Source of the DNA: Patescibacteria group bacterium
GTDB taxonomy: Bacteria; Patescibacteriota; Gracilibacteria; UBA1369; PNNO01
NCBI GenBank assembly: GCA_042568575.1
Contig: JBHPIO010000011.1
Location: 1 to 32,000, forward strand
DNA length: 32,000 nucleotides
Direction of reading: 5' to 3'
Positions 6,962-15,059 of the stretch are shown here, piece after piece (within the stretch, counting starts at the first letter, position 1; every line of letters starts with the position of its first letter). Below the pieces are notes generated by a model. The model had not been told where the DNA came from. It ran no database searches and worked only from the letters and a program-made list of their open reading frames with translations. A program made the position numbers and the translations under genes.

Positions 6962-7255
6962 TTAGTAGAAGTGAATGATCAAAGCCACGATTGCGGCGAT
7001 CAGGAAGGCGGCACCAAGTATGAGTTGGAGGATTATAGGCCATATCTTATCGCCCATTCCCCATCTTGCCATACCTTCGATGCCTGAGAACATGTTCATC
7101 TTGCTTTCGGCAGGGGGATATCTCTCGGTTTCTTCGTTGAACTTCCTCGTCCCGAGAATGAAGAAAACGACTGCTAGCACGAATGCTATTCCAGACACAA
7201 CTAATGTCATAGGCATCTCCCTTCTATTCGCTCTGTCCCGCTTATCAAACGACAT
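6962..7255 (-). CDS. Small two-TM membrane protein, hypothetical
   Basis: 97 aa with two clear hydrophobic helices (MTLVVSGIAFVLAVVFFILG and IWPIILQLILGAAFLIAAIVALII). Preferred over the opposite-strand ORF 6975..7373, which looks like a shadow. The region is visibly richer in G+C than its flanks. Confidence 0.45.
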   Translation of the reverse strand: MSFDKRDRANRREMPMTLVVSGIAFVLAVVFFILGTRKFNEETERYPPAESKMNMFSGIEGMARWGMGDKIWPIILQLILGAAFLIAAIVALIIHFY

Positions 7256-7331
7256 GACGACTCACGTGATGGGGAAAAAATCCCACAACGTTATTGCCAT
7301 CAAGATGGTAACGTTATCACTTTTACTTAGA

Positions 7332-7361
7332 TTGTCAAGGCAGAGCTCTTCTCAATTTAAT
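7332..7361 (+). promoter_or_regulatory. Candidate promoter of the hypC-hydE/hydG unit
   Basis: TTGTCA (7332-7337), 18-nt spacer, TTTAAT (7356-7361). If it is used, the ATG at 7360 cannot be the start codon. Confidence 0.3.
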
Positions 7362-7401
7362 GAATATCTATAAAATGTTGGAGCGCAACCTACCAAATAT
7401 T

Positions 7402-8661
7402 ATGTGCCTCACAATCCCCGCAAAAGTAGTTGAAGTTAAAGGAGAAAAGGCTGTCATCCAAAAAAATGACAAGCTCCAGGAAATCGATATTCGTACGATC
7501 GAAAACCTTAAAGTAGATGACTGGGTTCTTTATATGTCTGATATTGCTGTGCAAAAAGTTACGCCAGAAGACGCAAAGGAAATTCTTGAGCTACTCGAGC
7601 ACGTACAAAAAACAGATCCTGAAAAACTTGATCCGAAGTTTGTTGAAGTCATTAAACATTCGAAACAGCGAAGGCTTAATAAAGACGAAATCGAGTATCT
7701 TCTTGAAACTGACGGACTTGAAAAAGAGGCTCTTTATAGCGAATCTGAGATGATTCGTCGAACGCACATTAAGGACTTCTTCTGCATTCACGGAATTATT
7801 GAATTTTCTAATTTCTGCCAAAATGACTGCCTCTATTGCGGCCTTCAAAAACAGAATACTGCTATTCGGCGTTATCGAATGCCTATTAATGAAATAGTTG
7901 ATGCAGCTGATGAGGCGGTTAATAAAAAGGGCTATAAGTTGCTAGTTCTTCAGTCTGGCGAAGATCCATATTACACAAAAGAAATGCTTGTTGAACTTAT
8001 TCAAAAAATCAAAGAGAAGTGTAAGGTCTTTATCTTCATGAGTATTGGTGAACGTGATTTTGAAACATACAAGGCAATGAAAGACGCAGGAGCAAGCGGC
8101 GTTCTATTTAGGTTTGAATCGTCTAATCCTGACTTGTTTAAGAAGATTCATCCGGACGGCAAGAGTCTCGAAAAACGTTTTGAGCATTTGAAGTTCATGA
8201 AAGATCTAAAATATTTCATAGCTTCTGGAGGGATTATTGGCATTCCTGGTCAAACTATTTCTGACCTTGCCAATGACATTATTACAATCCGCAATAATGA
8301 TTACGACATGGTTTCGATGGGACCTTTTGTGCCTTGCCCAAATACTCCTTATGCAAATGAAAAGCCCGGCGACATCGAAATGAATCTTAAAATGATTTCT
8401 ACTTTAAGGCTTGAATTAAACAATAAACGAATTCCAGTTGTTACGGCTTTGGAAACTCTCGATCCTGAAAAAGGTCGAAAAAGAGCAATCCAGGCGGGTG
8501 CAAATGCTTTAATGCTCAATGTTACTCCCGAGAAATACGCTCCGCATTACGAGATCTATAAACGAAAACAAGCGCTCGACAATGAGATGTGGGAAAAATA
8601 CGGGTTGTATAATTCTGATGAAAGTTACAAAATGCTTGAAGAAAAATTAACCATCGACTAA
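7402..8661 (+). CDS. hydE: Fusion protein: N-terminal HypC/HupF-like [NiFe]-hydrogenase chaperone domain plus HydE-type radical SAM [FeFe]-hydrogenase maturase
   Basis: From the ATG at 7402 the protein begins MCLTIPAKVVEVKGEKAVIQ...VDDWVLYMSDIAVQKVTPEDAKEILELLE. This carries the HypC signature M-C-[LIV]-x-[IV]-P and the OB-fold pattern. It continues in frame into IIEFSNFCQNDCLYCGLQKQN (CX3CX2C), RYRMPINEIV, LVLQSGEDPYY, GIPGQTISDL and MVSMGPFVPCPNTPYANEKPGD, which closely match Thermotoga HydE from memory. Start 7402 is chosen because HypC function needs Cys at position 2; the track start 7360 and the ATG at 7375 are alternatives. Confidence 0.8.
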   Translation: MCLTIPAKVVEVKGEKAVIQKNDKLQEIDIRTIENLKVDDWVLYMSDIAVQKVTPEDAKEILELLEHVQKTDPEKLDPKFVEVIKHSKQRRLNKDEIEYLLETDGLEKEALYSESEMIRRTHIKDFFCIHGIIEFSNFCQNDCLYCGLQKQNTAIRRYRMPINEIVDAADEAVNKKGYKLLVLQSGEDPYYTKEMLVELIQKIKEKCKVFIFMSIGERDFETYKAMKDAGASGVLFRFESSNPDLFKKIHPDGKSLEKRFEHLKFMKDLKYFIASGGIIGIPGQTISDLANDIITIRNNDYDMVSMGPFVPCPNTPYANEKPGDIEMNLKMISTLRLELNNKRIPVVTALETLDPEKGRKRAIQAGANALMLNVTPEKYAPHYEIYKRKQALDNEMWEKYGLYNSDESYKMLEEKLTID

Positions 8662-10034
8662 TGTCTAAAACTTCACATATATTTGATGCGGATCAAATCA
8701 CGCATCTGGTAAGCTCAACGAAAAATCCTTCAAAGGATACTATTGAAAAAATTCTCCAAAAAGCCAAAAAAATGAGGGGCATCAATTTAGAAGAAGCCGC
8801 AACTTTAATAAACGCAGACAACCCTCATACAGAGGCAATGTTTAAAACGGCGGGATATATTAAAAACGAAATTTACGGAGAGCGGCTGGTTTTATTCGCT
8901 CCTCTTTATATTTCCAATTACTGCATCAACGACTGTGATTATTGTGGATTTCATGCAAGAAATAAACAAAAACGAATTAAGCTTTCTTTAAAGGAGGTTG
9001 AAGAACAAACACGAATTTTGATCAACATGGGGCATAAAAGATTGCTTCTTGAATTTGGGGAGCATCCGGTTGAAGCACCAATCGATTATATAATTGATGT
9101 TATTAAAACTATTTATAGCGTTAAGGAAGGACGCGGAGAGATTCGTCGTTTGAATGTAAATATTGCTGCGACTACAGTTGAGGACTACAAGAAACTGAAA
9201 GCAGCTGAAATTGGAACGTATCAACTTTTCCAGGAAACATATGATCGGGAAACTTATGAGAGACTTCACAAAGGTCCAAAAGGAGATTTTGAAAGGCAGC
9301 TTTTTGCGCATGATAGAGCGTTTGAAGGCGGAATTGATGATGTGGGGCTTGGGGTGCTTTATGGACTTTACGATTGGAAATTCGATACACTTGCTCTTCT
9401 TTCACATGCGTTTTATTTGGATAAGAAATATGGAGTTGGACCTCATACTTTTTCTGTGCCACGCCTCCAATCTGCACCTACTGTTGATGAAGACTGGCCT
9501 TATGAGGTTACTGAGGATGAACTGCTTAAAATAATAGCTATTTTGCGAATGGCAGTACCTTATACCGGCATGATTATTTCAACGCGTGAAAGGGCTGAAA
9601 TTCGTGAGAAGGCGTTTGAACTTGGCATTTCTCAAACAAGTGCTGCGTCGCAAACATCACCGGGTGGATATGGAAAAGAAGAAGCGCTGAATCAATTTAC
9701 AACGTCTGATGAAAGAAGTGTCGATGAAGTAATTGAGAAAATCCTAGATGATGGATTTATGCCGAGTTTTTGCACGGCCTGTTATCGTTTAGGACGGACT
9801 GGCCAGGACTTTATGGATATTGCAAAACCTGGAGAAATTCATAATTTCTGCAGGCCAAATGCGATTCTTACGTTAAAAGAGTATTTGGAGGATTATGCAT
9901 CTGAGCGCTCAAAAGCAAAAGGACTTAAAATAATCGATAAATATGTGGAAAAGATTCCTTCAAATTCTGTTCGTGAAAAAACTGTAAACAGGCTGAAGTT
10001 AATTGAAAAAGGTGAAAGAGATTTATACTTCTAA
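8661..10034 (+). CDS. hydG: HydG-type radical SAM tyrosine lyase (CO/CN-synthon-forming [FeFe]-hydrogenase maturase)
   Basis: 457 aa. LVLFAPLYISNYCINDCDYCGFHARNK and MGHKRLLLEFGEHP are present, plus the HydG-specific C-terminal cluster motif SFCTACYRLGRTGQDFM...FCRPNA, which distinguishes it from ThiH. The ATG overlaps the hydE stop (TAATG). Confidence 0.85.
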   Translation: MSKTSHIFDADQITHLVSSTKNPSKDTIEKILQKAKKMRGINLEEAATLINADNPHTEAMFKTAGYIKNEIYGERLVLFAPLYISNYCINDCDYCGFHARNKQKRIKLSLKEVEEQTRILINMGHKRLLLEFGEHPVEAPIDYIIDVIKTIYSVKEGRGEIRRLNVNIAATTVEDYKKLKAAEIGTYQLFQETYDRETYERLHKGPKGDFERQLFAHDRAFEGGIDDVGLGVLYGLYDWKFDTLALLSHAFYLDKKYGVGPHTFSVPRLQSAPTVDEDWPYEVTEDELLKIIAILRMAVPYTGMIISTRERAEIREKAFELGISQTSAASQTSPGGYGKEEALNQFTTSDERSVDEVIEKILDDGFMPSFCTACYRLGRTGQDFMDIAKPGEIHNFCRPNAILTLKEYLEDYASERSKAKGLKIIDKYVEKIPSNSVREKTVNRLKLIEKGERDLYF

Positions 10035-10035
10035 T

Positions 10036-10064
10036 TTGACAATTTTGAACTTTGTGGCTAAAAT
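10036..10064 (+). promoter_or_regulatory. Near-consensus sigma70 promoter upstream of the PP2C gene
   Basis: TTGACA (10036-10041), exactly 17 nt, TAAAAT (10059-10064). The GTG at 10052 used by the ORF track lies inside the spacer. Confidence 0.5.
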
Positions 10065-10090
10065 TCGCTCCTTGGAAATTAATATCTAAA

Positions 10091-11272
10091 ATGATTGAAG
10101 AAAGCTTGAAAGACCCTGGGAGCAGGAGTAGTAGTGAAAAAAATGGCCATGACCCTGAGCTGCATGAAATTGCAGAGGAATGTGATAGAAATCCAGTAAA
10201 TATATTTGGAGAAGAAACTGGCAATGAAGCAGGTGAGGTTATACAGGCAATTTATGGAATTCCTAATAGCCACTTTGATCAACCGTTAAACTCGCTTGGT
10301 GTTATTCCAGAAGGAATGTACGCTGCAAGTTGCGATGAAGACAGAAGCCTCCGAGATGATGTCCCTGGTGGACTTGTTGAACATGAAGGTGTGATTTTTT
10401 ATGCAACAACCGATCACGGAGTGCTAAGAAGCTGTGACGAACGAAAACCGCACAATGACGATGCATATTTTGTGATTCCTGAACAAAAAACGATTGGTGC
10501 TGCAGATGGCGTTAGTGGGAACCCAAAAAGAAATGATAAAGGACGTATGGCAGCTTCGGTTGCAACACTTGCAGCACTAATGGAAGCGCACCTTGATCTA
10601 CCGATGAGAAAATTAATAGAAATAATGCATGGAGCCGCTTTAAAACATAGATTATTTATAAGAGATCAATGGAAAAAACAAAAACAAAAAAAGGAAAAAG
10701 AGCCTCCAAAAAACTTAACTACAAGCACCGTAGCTCGCCTTAATAATAACAACGTTATTGAGTGTGCAAGTATAGGAAATACACGAGCGTTAGTTATTAG
10801 AGGGGAAAAAGCTCATCGCCTAACTTATGATCACACGATGCTAAATAGCAAAATGGGACATATGGAAATAACTGAAGAGCAAGCTTTTCGTATATTCGGA
10901 CCTTTCGCAATTCGTATGAAAAACAACCTTGTACAAGCGCTTGGGAGTGATGAAAATTTGCATCCTGGCGAAGATCCTGATTCTAATATAAAGCATGTGA
11001 ATATCAAACCTTTCTATGAAACGTTTCAGGCTCAAGGTGGGGATGTTTTATTAATATGTTCGGATGGAGTTACAGATGTTATGACTGACGACGAAATCGC
11101 TGAGTTTGTTTATGAAAGGAGACAAAAAAACATGTCTCTAGCAGAAATAATTGATGAACTTAAAGAGCATGTAATTTATCTAATGAAATACAGTCGCAAT
11201 GGGGATCATGAATATCCAAATAAACACGATGGCGACAACATTGTGATAGTCGGACTCGTTGTTCCGGAATAA
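10091..11272 (+). CDS. PP2C/PPM-family Ser/Thr protein phosphatase with an about 120-aa acidic N-terminal extension
   Basis: NDDAYFV, GAADGVSG, LLICSDGVTDVMTDDEI and a C-terminal GDNIVIVGL are the PPM motifs. The start is set to the first ATG downstream of the promoter. Confidence 0.75.
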   Translation: MIEESLKDPGSRSSSEKNGHDPELHEIAEECDRNPVNIFGEETGNEAGEVIQAIYGIPNSHFDQPLNSLGVIPEGMYAASCDEDRSLRDDVPGGLVEHEGVIFYATTDHGVLRSCDERKPHNDDAYFVIPEQKTIGAADGVSGNPKRNDKGRMAASVATLAALMEAHLDLPMRKLIEIMHGAALKHRLFIRDQWKKQKQKKEKEPPKNLTTSTVARLNNNNVIECASIGNTRALVIRGEKAHRLTYDHTMLNSKMGHMEITEEQAFRIFGPFAIRMKNNLVQALGSDENLHPGEDPDSNIKHVNIKPFYETFQAQGGDVLLICSDGVTDVMTDDEIAEFVYERRQKNMSLAEIIDELKEHVIYLMKYSRNGDHEYPNKHDGDNIVIVGLVVPE

Positions 11273-11323
11273 TTATTTCTAAAATGTTGCGAAGGATGTC
11301 TTTTTGATATATCTTATTCATCG

Positions 11324-11854
11324 ATGTCTGAACAACAAAAAAAATTAAAAATAGGCTGGTTTTCCTTTACGTGCTGTGAAGATTCAACAATCATGTTCAC
11401 AGAAATGTTGAACGACCATTTTTTTGCGTGGTCTAAAATTATTGAATTTAGACATGCAAATATCCTCAAAAGTAAAAATGAGATGTCTGATATCGATGTA
11501 GCTTTTGTTGAAGGAGCTATCGCTTCTGATCGCGATAAAGAAAAACTTTTAAAAATCCGAGACGTTTCTAAGTATATTGTTGCAATTGGATCTTGCGCTG
11601 TAACAGGCCTTCCAACAGGACATCGAAACAATTTCAGCGAAGAAATGAAAGAAGAAATTTCGCCTTATCTAAAGCAATTTCATCAAAGTGCACGTGTATA
11701 TGCCCTTCACGAACTTATCCAAGTAGACGATAAAGTAGCAGGCTGCCCAATGATCGAAGCACAATTCGTAGTAGCCATCGACAAATATCTAAAAATGTTC
11801 AAAGTCATCTCCGAAGATGATTCAATAATCAACCACAAAAATGCATCAGATTAA
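11324..11854 (+). CDS. [NiFe]-hydrogenase small subunit, minimal (NuoB/HoxY-like, single-cluster) form
   Basis: 176 aa with exactly four Cys, located in FTCCEDS, IGSCAVTG and VAGCPM. This is the proximal [4Fe-4S] ligand pattern of the oxidored_q6 family. There is no region for medial or distal clusters. It overlaps the large-subunit gene by 14 nt. Confidence 0.75.
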   Translation: MSEQQKKLKIGWFSFTCCEDSTIMFTEMLNDHFFAWSKIIEFRHANILKSKNEMSDIDVAFVEGAIASDRDKEKLLKIRDVSKYIVAIGSCAVTGLPTGHRNNFSEEMKEEISPYLKQFHQSARVYALHELIQVDDKVAGCPMIEAQFVVAIDKYLKMFKVISEDDSIINHKNASD

Positions 11855-13154
11855 TATATCGATTGAAGGATTATCTAAAATTGAAGGACATCTGGATATG
11901 GATGTTGTTATTAAGGATAACAAGATTACAGATGTTGAATTTAAGATTATGGAGAATAAGAGATTTTTTGAAAAAGCAATTCTTGGGAAGCCTTTCAATC
12001 AGGTTCCACAGCTGCTTTCACGTATTTGCGGAACGTGCAGTATTGCGCATCTCCTAGGTGCAATTGAAGCTGTTGAAGACGCTCTTGATTACAAGCCATC
12101 CGAACAGACAATGATATTAAGAAAGCTTCTCACATATGGACTGATGATACGCGATCACGCACTTCATCTTTATATCTTCACATTGCCGGATGTTATCGGC
12201 AAGGATTCGATTCTTGATTTTGACGAGAATGACGAGAGAGAACACAAATTGCTCCACGACATGTTTGACGTAAAACGTGCCGGAAACAACTTATCTACAA
12301 TCATAGGAGGACGTGCAGTACATGCGCCTTTCCCAATGCCCGGAGGGTTCGTTAAATATCCAACTCAAGAAGAGCTGGAAGCTTCACGCAAAGAGCTTTT
12401 AGAAATGCGTGAAAAAATTCTCTACCTACTTCAGGTTTTCGATGAATGTGATTTCAGTCTTGAAAGAAAAACTAAATTCGTAGGTCTTAAAACTGAAGAT
12501 TATAGTTTCTTGGATGGTCCTGCATTATGTAGTGAAGGAAATTTTTGTGTTCCAGAAAAGAGTTTTAGAGATCAATTAAAAGAAGTTGTAATCCCCTACT
12601 CAACAGCTAAGGCATACACTTTGCAGGGCGAAGAATACATGGTTGGAGCTCTAGCTCGAATGAATGTAAATCGAGAGGCTCTCCACCCAAATACTCAAAA
12701 AGATGCAAAGAAATATATAGACAGATTTCCTTCAATTGACGTTTATCATAACAACCTTGCACAGGCTATCGAGACTCTTCATTCGATAGATCATGCAGTT
12801 GAGATTCTTGAAACACTAAAGATCACGCCTGTTCCACCGGATAAGCTTACTCCAAAAGCAGGTGAAGGAGTGGGAGTTCTTGAAGCACCTCGTGGAACTT
12901 TGTATCACTATGTTGCTACTGACGCTGAAGGAATTATTACAAAAGCTGAAGTTGTGGTTCCAACTGCGCAAAATCAAATCAATATTGAAAATGATATTCG
13001 CGCACTAGTCCAACTACATCTTGATAAGGATGGAGAGAATATGGATAAAGATCTAGTTCGCTTTGAAATCGAGAAGTTAATTCGCGCATACGACCCATGT
13101 ATGAGTTGTGCAACTCACTTTTTGAAGATTAATTGGCAAATTCATGGAAGTTAA
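11841..13154 (+). CDS. [NiFe]-hydrogenase large (catalytic) subunit, group 3-like
   Basis: 437 aa. LSKIEGHLD, the N-terminal RICGTCSIAH (RxCGxCxxxH) and the C-terminal DPCMSCATH (DPCxxCxxH) are present. An 11-aa tail, FLKINWQIHGS, follows and is the kind removed by the maturation endopeptidase. Confidence 0.88.
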   Translation: MHQINISIEGLSKIEGHLDMDVVIKDNKITDVEFKIMENKRFFEKAILGKPFNQVPQLLSRICGTCSIAHLLGAIEAVEDALDYKPSEQTMILRKLLTYGLMIRDHALHLYIFTLPDVIGKDSILDFDENDEREHKLLHDMFDVKRAGNNLSTIIGGRAVHAPFPMPGGFVKYPTQEELEASRKELLEMREKILYLLQVFDECDFSLERKTKFVGLKTEDYSFLDGPALCSEGNFCVPEKSFRDQLKEVVIPYSTAKAYTLQGEEYMVGALARMNVNREALHPNTQKDAKKYIDRFPSIDVYHNNLAQAIETLHSIDHAVEILETLKITPVPPDKLTPKAGEGVGVLEAPRGTLYHYVATDAEGIITKAEVVVPTAQNQINIENDIRALVQLHLDKDGENMDKDLVRFEIEKLIRAYDPCMSCATHFLKINWQIHGS

Positions 13155-13620
13155 ATTTCGCACAGCAGGCTTAGGCGATATTAAGGATCTACAAACCCTT
13201 AAGTACGATCTTTGGAAGTATGAAGACGATAATTTTTGCGATATCACAGATCCAAATTATGCAAAAACAGATAAATATGCTGAAGATCTAAAAAAACAAA
13301 TAGAAGACCCTGGTTTTGCAATTATTGTTGCTGAGTATGAAGATGAGATAATTGGTGCCGTTTATGGCGAAGTCTTTGAAGCGACAAAATATAAAAGGAT
13401 CAAAATTGACTCCGAACTGATGAGTCTTTACGTGAAGGAAGAGCATCGAAATAAGAAGATCGGAGCAAAACTTGTTGATGAGTTTACTAAATGGGCAAAA
13501 AGCAAAAACGCAGATCAGATTAAGGTAGAACCTTATTATAATAATGAGGGATCCTTAAGATTCTATGAACGCGAGGGTTTTGAAGGTTATGTTGTTATGT
13601 TGAGGAAGAAGCTGAAATAA
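13144..13620 (+). CDS. GNAT-family N-acetyltransferase
   Basis: 158 aa. IIGAVYGEV, LMSLYVKEEHRNKKIGAKLVDEF (motif A) and NNEGSLRFYEREGFEG are present. The ATG overlaps the last 11 nt of the hydrogenase large-subunit gene. Confidence 0.8.
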   Translation: MEVKFRTAGLGDIKDLQTLKYDLWKYEDDNFCDITDPNYAKTDKYAEDLKKQIEDPGFAIIVAEYEDEIIGAVYGEVFEATKYKRIKIDSELMSLYVKEEHRNKKIGAKLVDEFTKWAKSKNADQIKVEPYYNNEGSLRFYEREGFEGYVVMLRKKLK

Positions 13621-13643
13621 TCTAGGATACACACCTATCTAGA

Positions 13644-13672
13644 TTGGCAAAATCGCCTTTTTGTGCTATTCT
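13644..13672 (+). promoter_or_regulatory. Candidate promoter of acidic-protein paralogue 1
   Basis: TTGGCA (13644-13649), 17 nt, TATTCT (13667-13672) with TG-C just upstream. The whole block is duplicated at 14365-14393. Confidence 0.4.
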
Positions 13673-13697
13673 ATTAAGAATTACTAATCAAGTATTT

Positions 13698-14336
13698 ATG
13701 AATGCTGAACCAGCACATGGTGAGTCTAGTGAATCTCAAGATTCACTTATAAATAAACTCATCGATAGAACATTTGAAGTCCTTGGACAAGCAGATGCTA
13801 ATCAAGAACAGAGAGAAGAATTAGCAAAACAAGTCGTTGAAAAGCTAAGTGAATATGATGAAGAAACTGCACATGAAGCTTTATTAAGAATGACAGACAG
13901 TCTTAATCCCGGCGAAATTGATAACGAAGCACATATGCTTATGTTTCTTGGATGGGAAGCTAATGCAATTCTTGATGAAAAAAAGCCACCTATTGAGCTC
14001 GATGAGGGAGATGAAGTTATTGCTGAACACGCAATCGCAAAACTTAAAGGATTACGAACAGTTAATATAAATGTCTTTTCCGATGTAAGTGAAGCCCTCG
14101 ATACGATAATTAGCACTGAAATATCTCCTGATATAGAAGATAACGAAGCAGTATTCCCAGAAATCGAAGATAGTATGACTTTTGGGGAAGCAAAAGAAAT
14201 CATATCTAAAAATGCGCCACTTTTGGCTATTAGGCCAAATACAACAACTGCAGACATAGATTACAGACTCCTTGGAACGATTCGTGATCGAATGGAGGAT
14301 GAAATTGGACAAGATATTGAACAAAGTAGGAATTAA
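13698..14336 (+). CDS. Acidic hypothetical protein, paralogue 1
   Basis: MNAEPAHGESSESQDSLINKLIDRTFEVLGQADANQEQREEL...HEALLRMTDSLNPGE aligns with paralogue 2. The start is set to the ATG equivalent to the paralogue-2 start; the TTG at 13644 in the track is the -35 hexamer. Confidence 0.6.
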   Translation: MNAEPAHGESSESQDSLINKLIDRTFEVLGQADANQEQREELAKQVVEKLSEYDEETAHEALLRMTDSLNPGEIDNEAHMLMFLGWEANAILDEKKPPIELDEGDEVIAEHAIAKLKGLRTVNINVFSDVSEALDTIISTEISPDIEDNEAVFPEIEDSMTFGEAKEIISKNAPLLAIRPNTTTADIDYRLLGTIRDRMEDEIGQDIEQSRN

Positions 14337-14364
14337 ATAAATTCTTCCGGCGGAACTCTTATGA

Positions 14365-14393
14365 TTTGCAAAATTATCTTTTTGTGCTATATA
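14365..14393 (+). promoter_or_regulatory. Candidate promoter of acidic-protein paralogue 2
   Basis: TTTGCA (14365-14370), 17 nt, TATATA (14388-14393) preceded by TGC (extended -10 like). It shares GCAAAAT..TCTTTTTGTGCTAT with the 13644 copy. Confidence 0.4.
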
Positions 14394-14417
14394 AGATGAG
14401 ACATTATTCCAGAATTT

Positions 14418-15059
14418 ATGACTGCAGAACTTGCACATTGTGAAAATAACGAATCTAACGAATCTACGGATTCGCTTGTAACTAAATTGGTTGATAGAAC
14501 ATTAGAATCTTTGGGGCAGGCAGACGCTCAAAATAGCCAAAAAGAAGAATTAGGTCTTTTCATAGAAGCAGAATTACATGGTTTCGACGCAGATACCGCA
14601 AGAGATGCGCTTCTAAGAATGAGGCATAGCTTAATGCCAGATTCTCCTAACTTTCAACAAATTGCAAGTGCAAAAATGATGCTTCAATTGCTTAAAAGAG
14701 AAGCTTTAGAACTTAGAGAAGCAAGGCAAACTCCAAATGAACTCCCAAACTTAAATGAATTGAAAATAAATCAAGGACTATCAAGACTCAAAGAATTGCT
14801 TGTAATGGATGAAGAAGCATATAATCGTGTTTATAGCGCGTTAGAGCAATTTACAACAATTCTAATTGAGGACTATCAAGAAAATGACCAACCAATTTTA
14901 GAAGATGTAGGATGGGAAACTTTTGGAGAAGTTAAGCTTACCTTGGAATATCATATGCCATTTCTGTGCATAACTTTCTTAACAAGACCCACTGAAATAA
15001 ATATTGAAATATTGTCAGAAATTCTAGACCGTTTTAATGAAGACGCTGATTTGGCTTAG
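14418..15059 (+). CDS. Acidic hypothetical protein, paralogue 2
   Basis: MTAELAHCENNESNESTDSLVTKLVDRTLESLGQADAQNSQKEEL...RDALLRMRHSLMPDS is clearly homologous to paralogue 1. Its 3' end overlaps the convergent endopeptidase gene by 36 nt. Confidence 0.6.
   Translation: MTAELAHCENNESNESTDSLVTKLVDRTLESLGQADAQNSQKEELGLFIEAELHGFDADTARDALLRMRHSLMPDSPNFQQIASAKMMLQLLKREALELREARQTPNELPNLNELKINQGLSRLKELLVMDEEAYNRVYSALEQFTTILIEDYQENDQPILEDVGWETFGEVKLTLEYHMPFLCITFLTRPTEINIEILSEILDRFNEDADLA

Noticed and set aside
6975-7373. 132-aa plus-strand ORF opposite the small two-TM protein gene
   Set aside because: Its composition is Ser/Leu/Ile-rich and structureless. The minus-strand ORF has two clean TM helices, so this one is treated as a shadow. 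The choice is not certain.
7360-7401. N-terminal 14 codons (MNIYKMLERNLPNI) of the hypC-hydE ORF
   Set aside because: HypC-family proteins need Cys directly after the initiator Met, and the candidate -10 element overlaps the ATG at 7360. Start 7402 is therefore preferred. For similar reasons I rejected the GTG at 10052, the TTG at 13644 and the TTG at 15439, which lie inside promoter elements.
13802-14438. Two minus-strand ORFs (151 aa and 128 aa) antisense to acidic paralogue 1
   Set aside because: The first is Ser-rich and low in complexity, which is typical of the antisense of a Glu/Asp-rich gene. The second crosses the intergenic promoter duplicate. There is no independent support for either.
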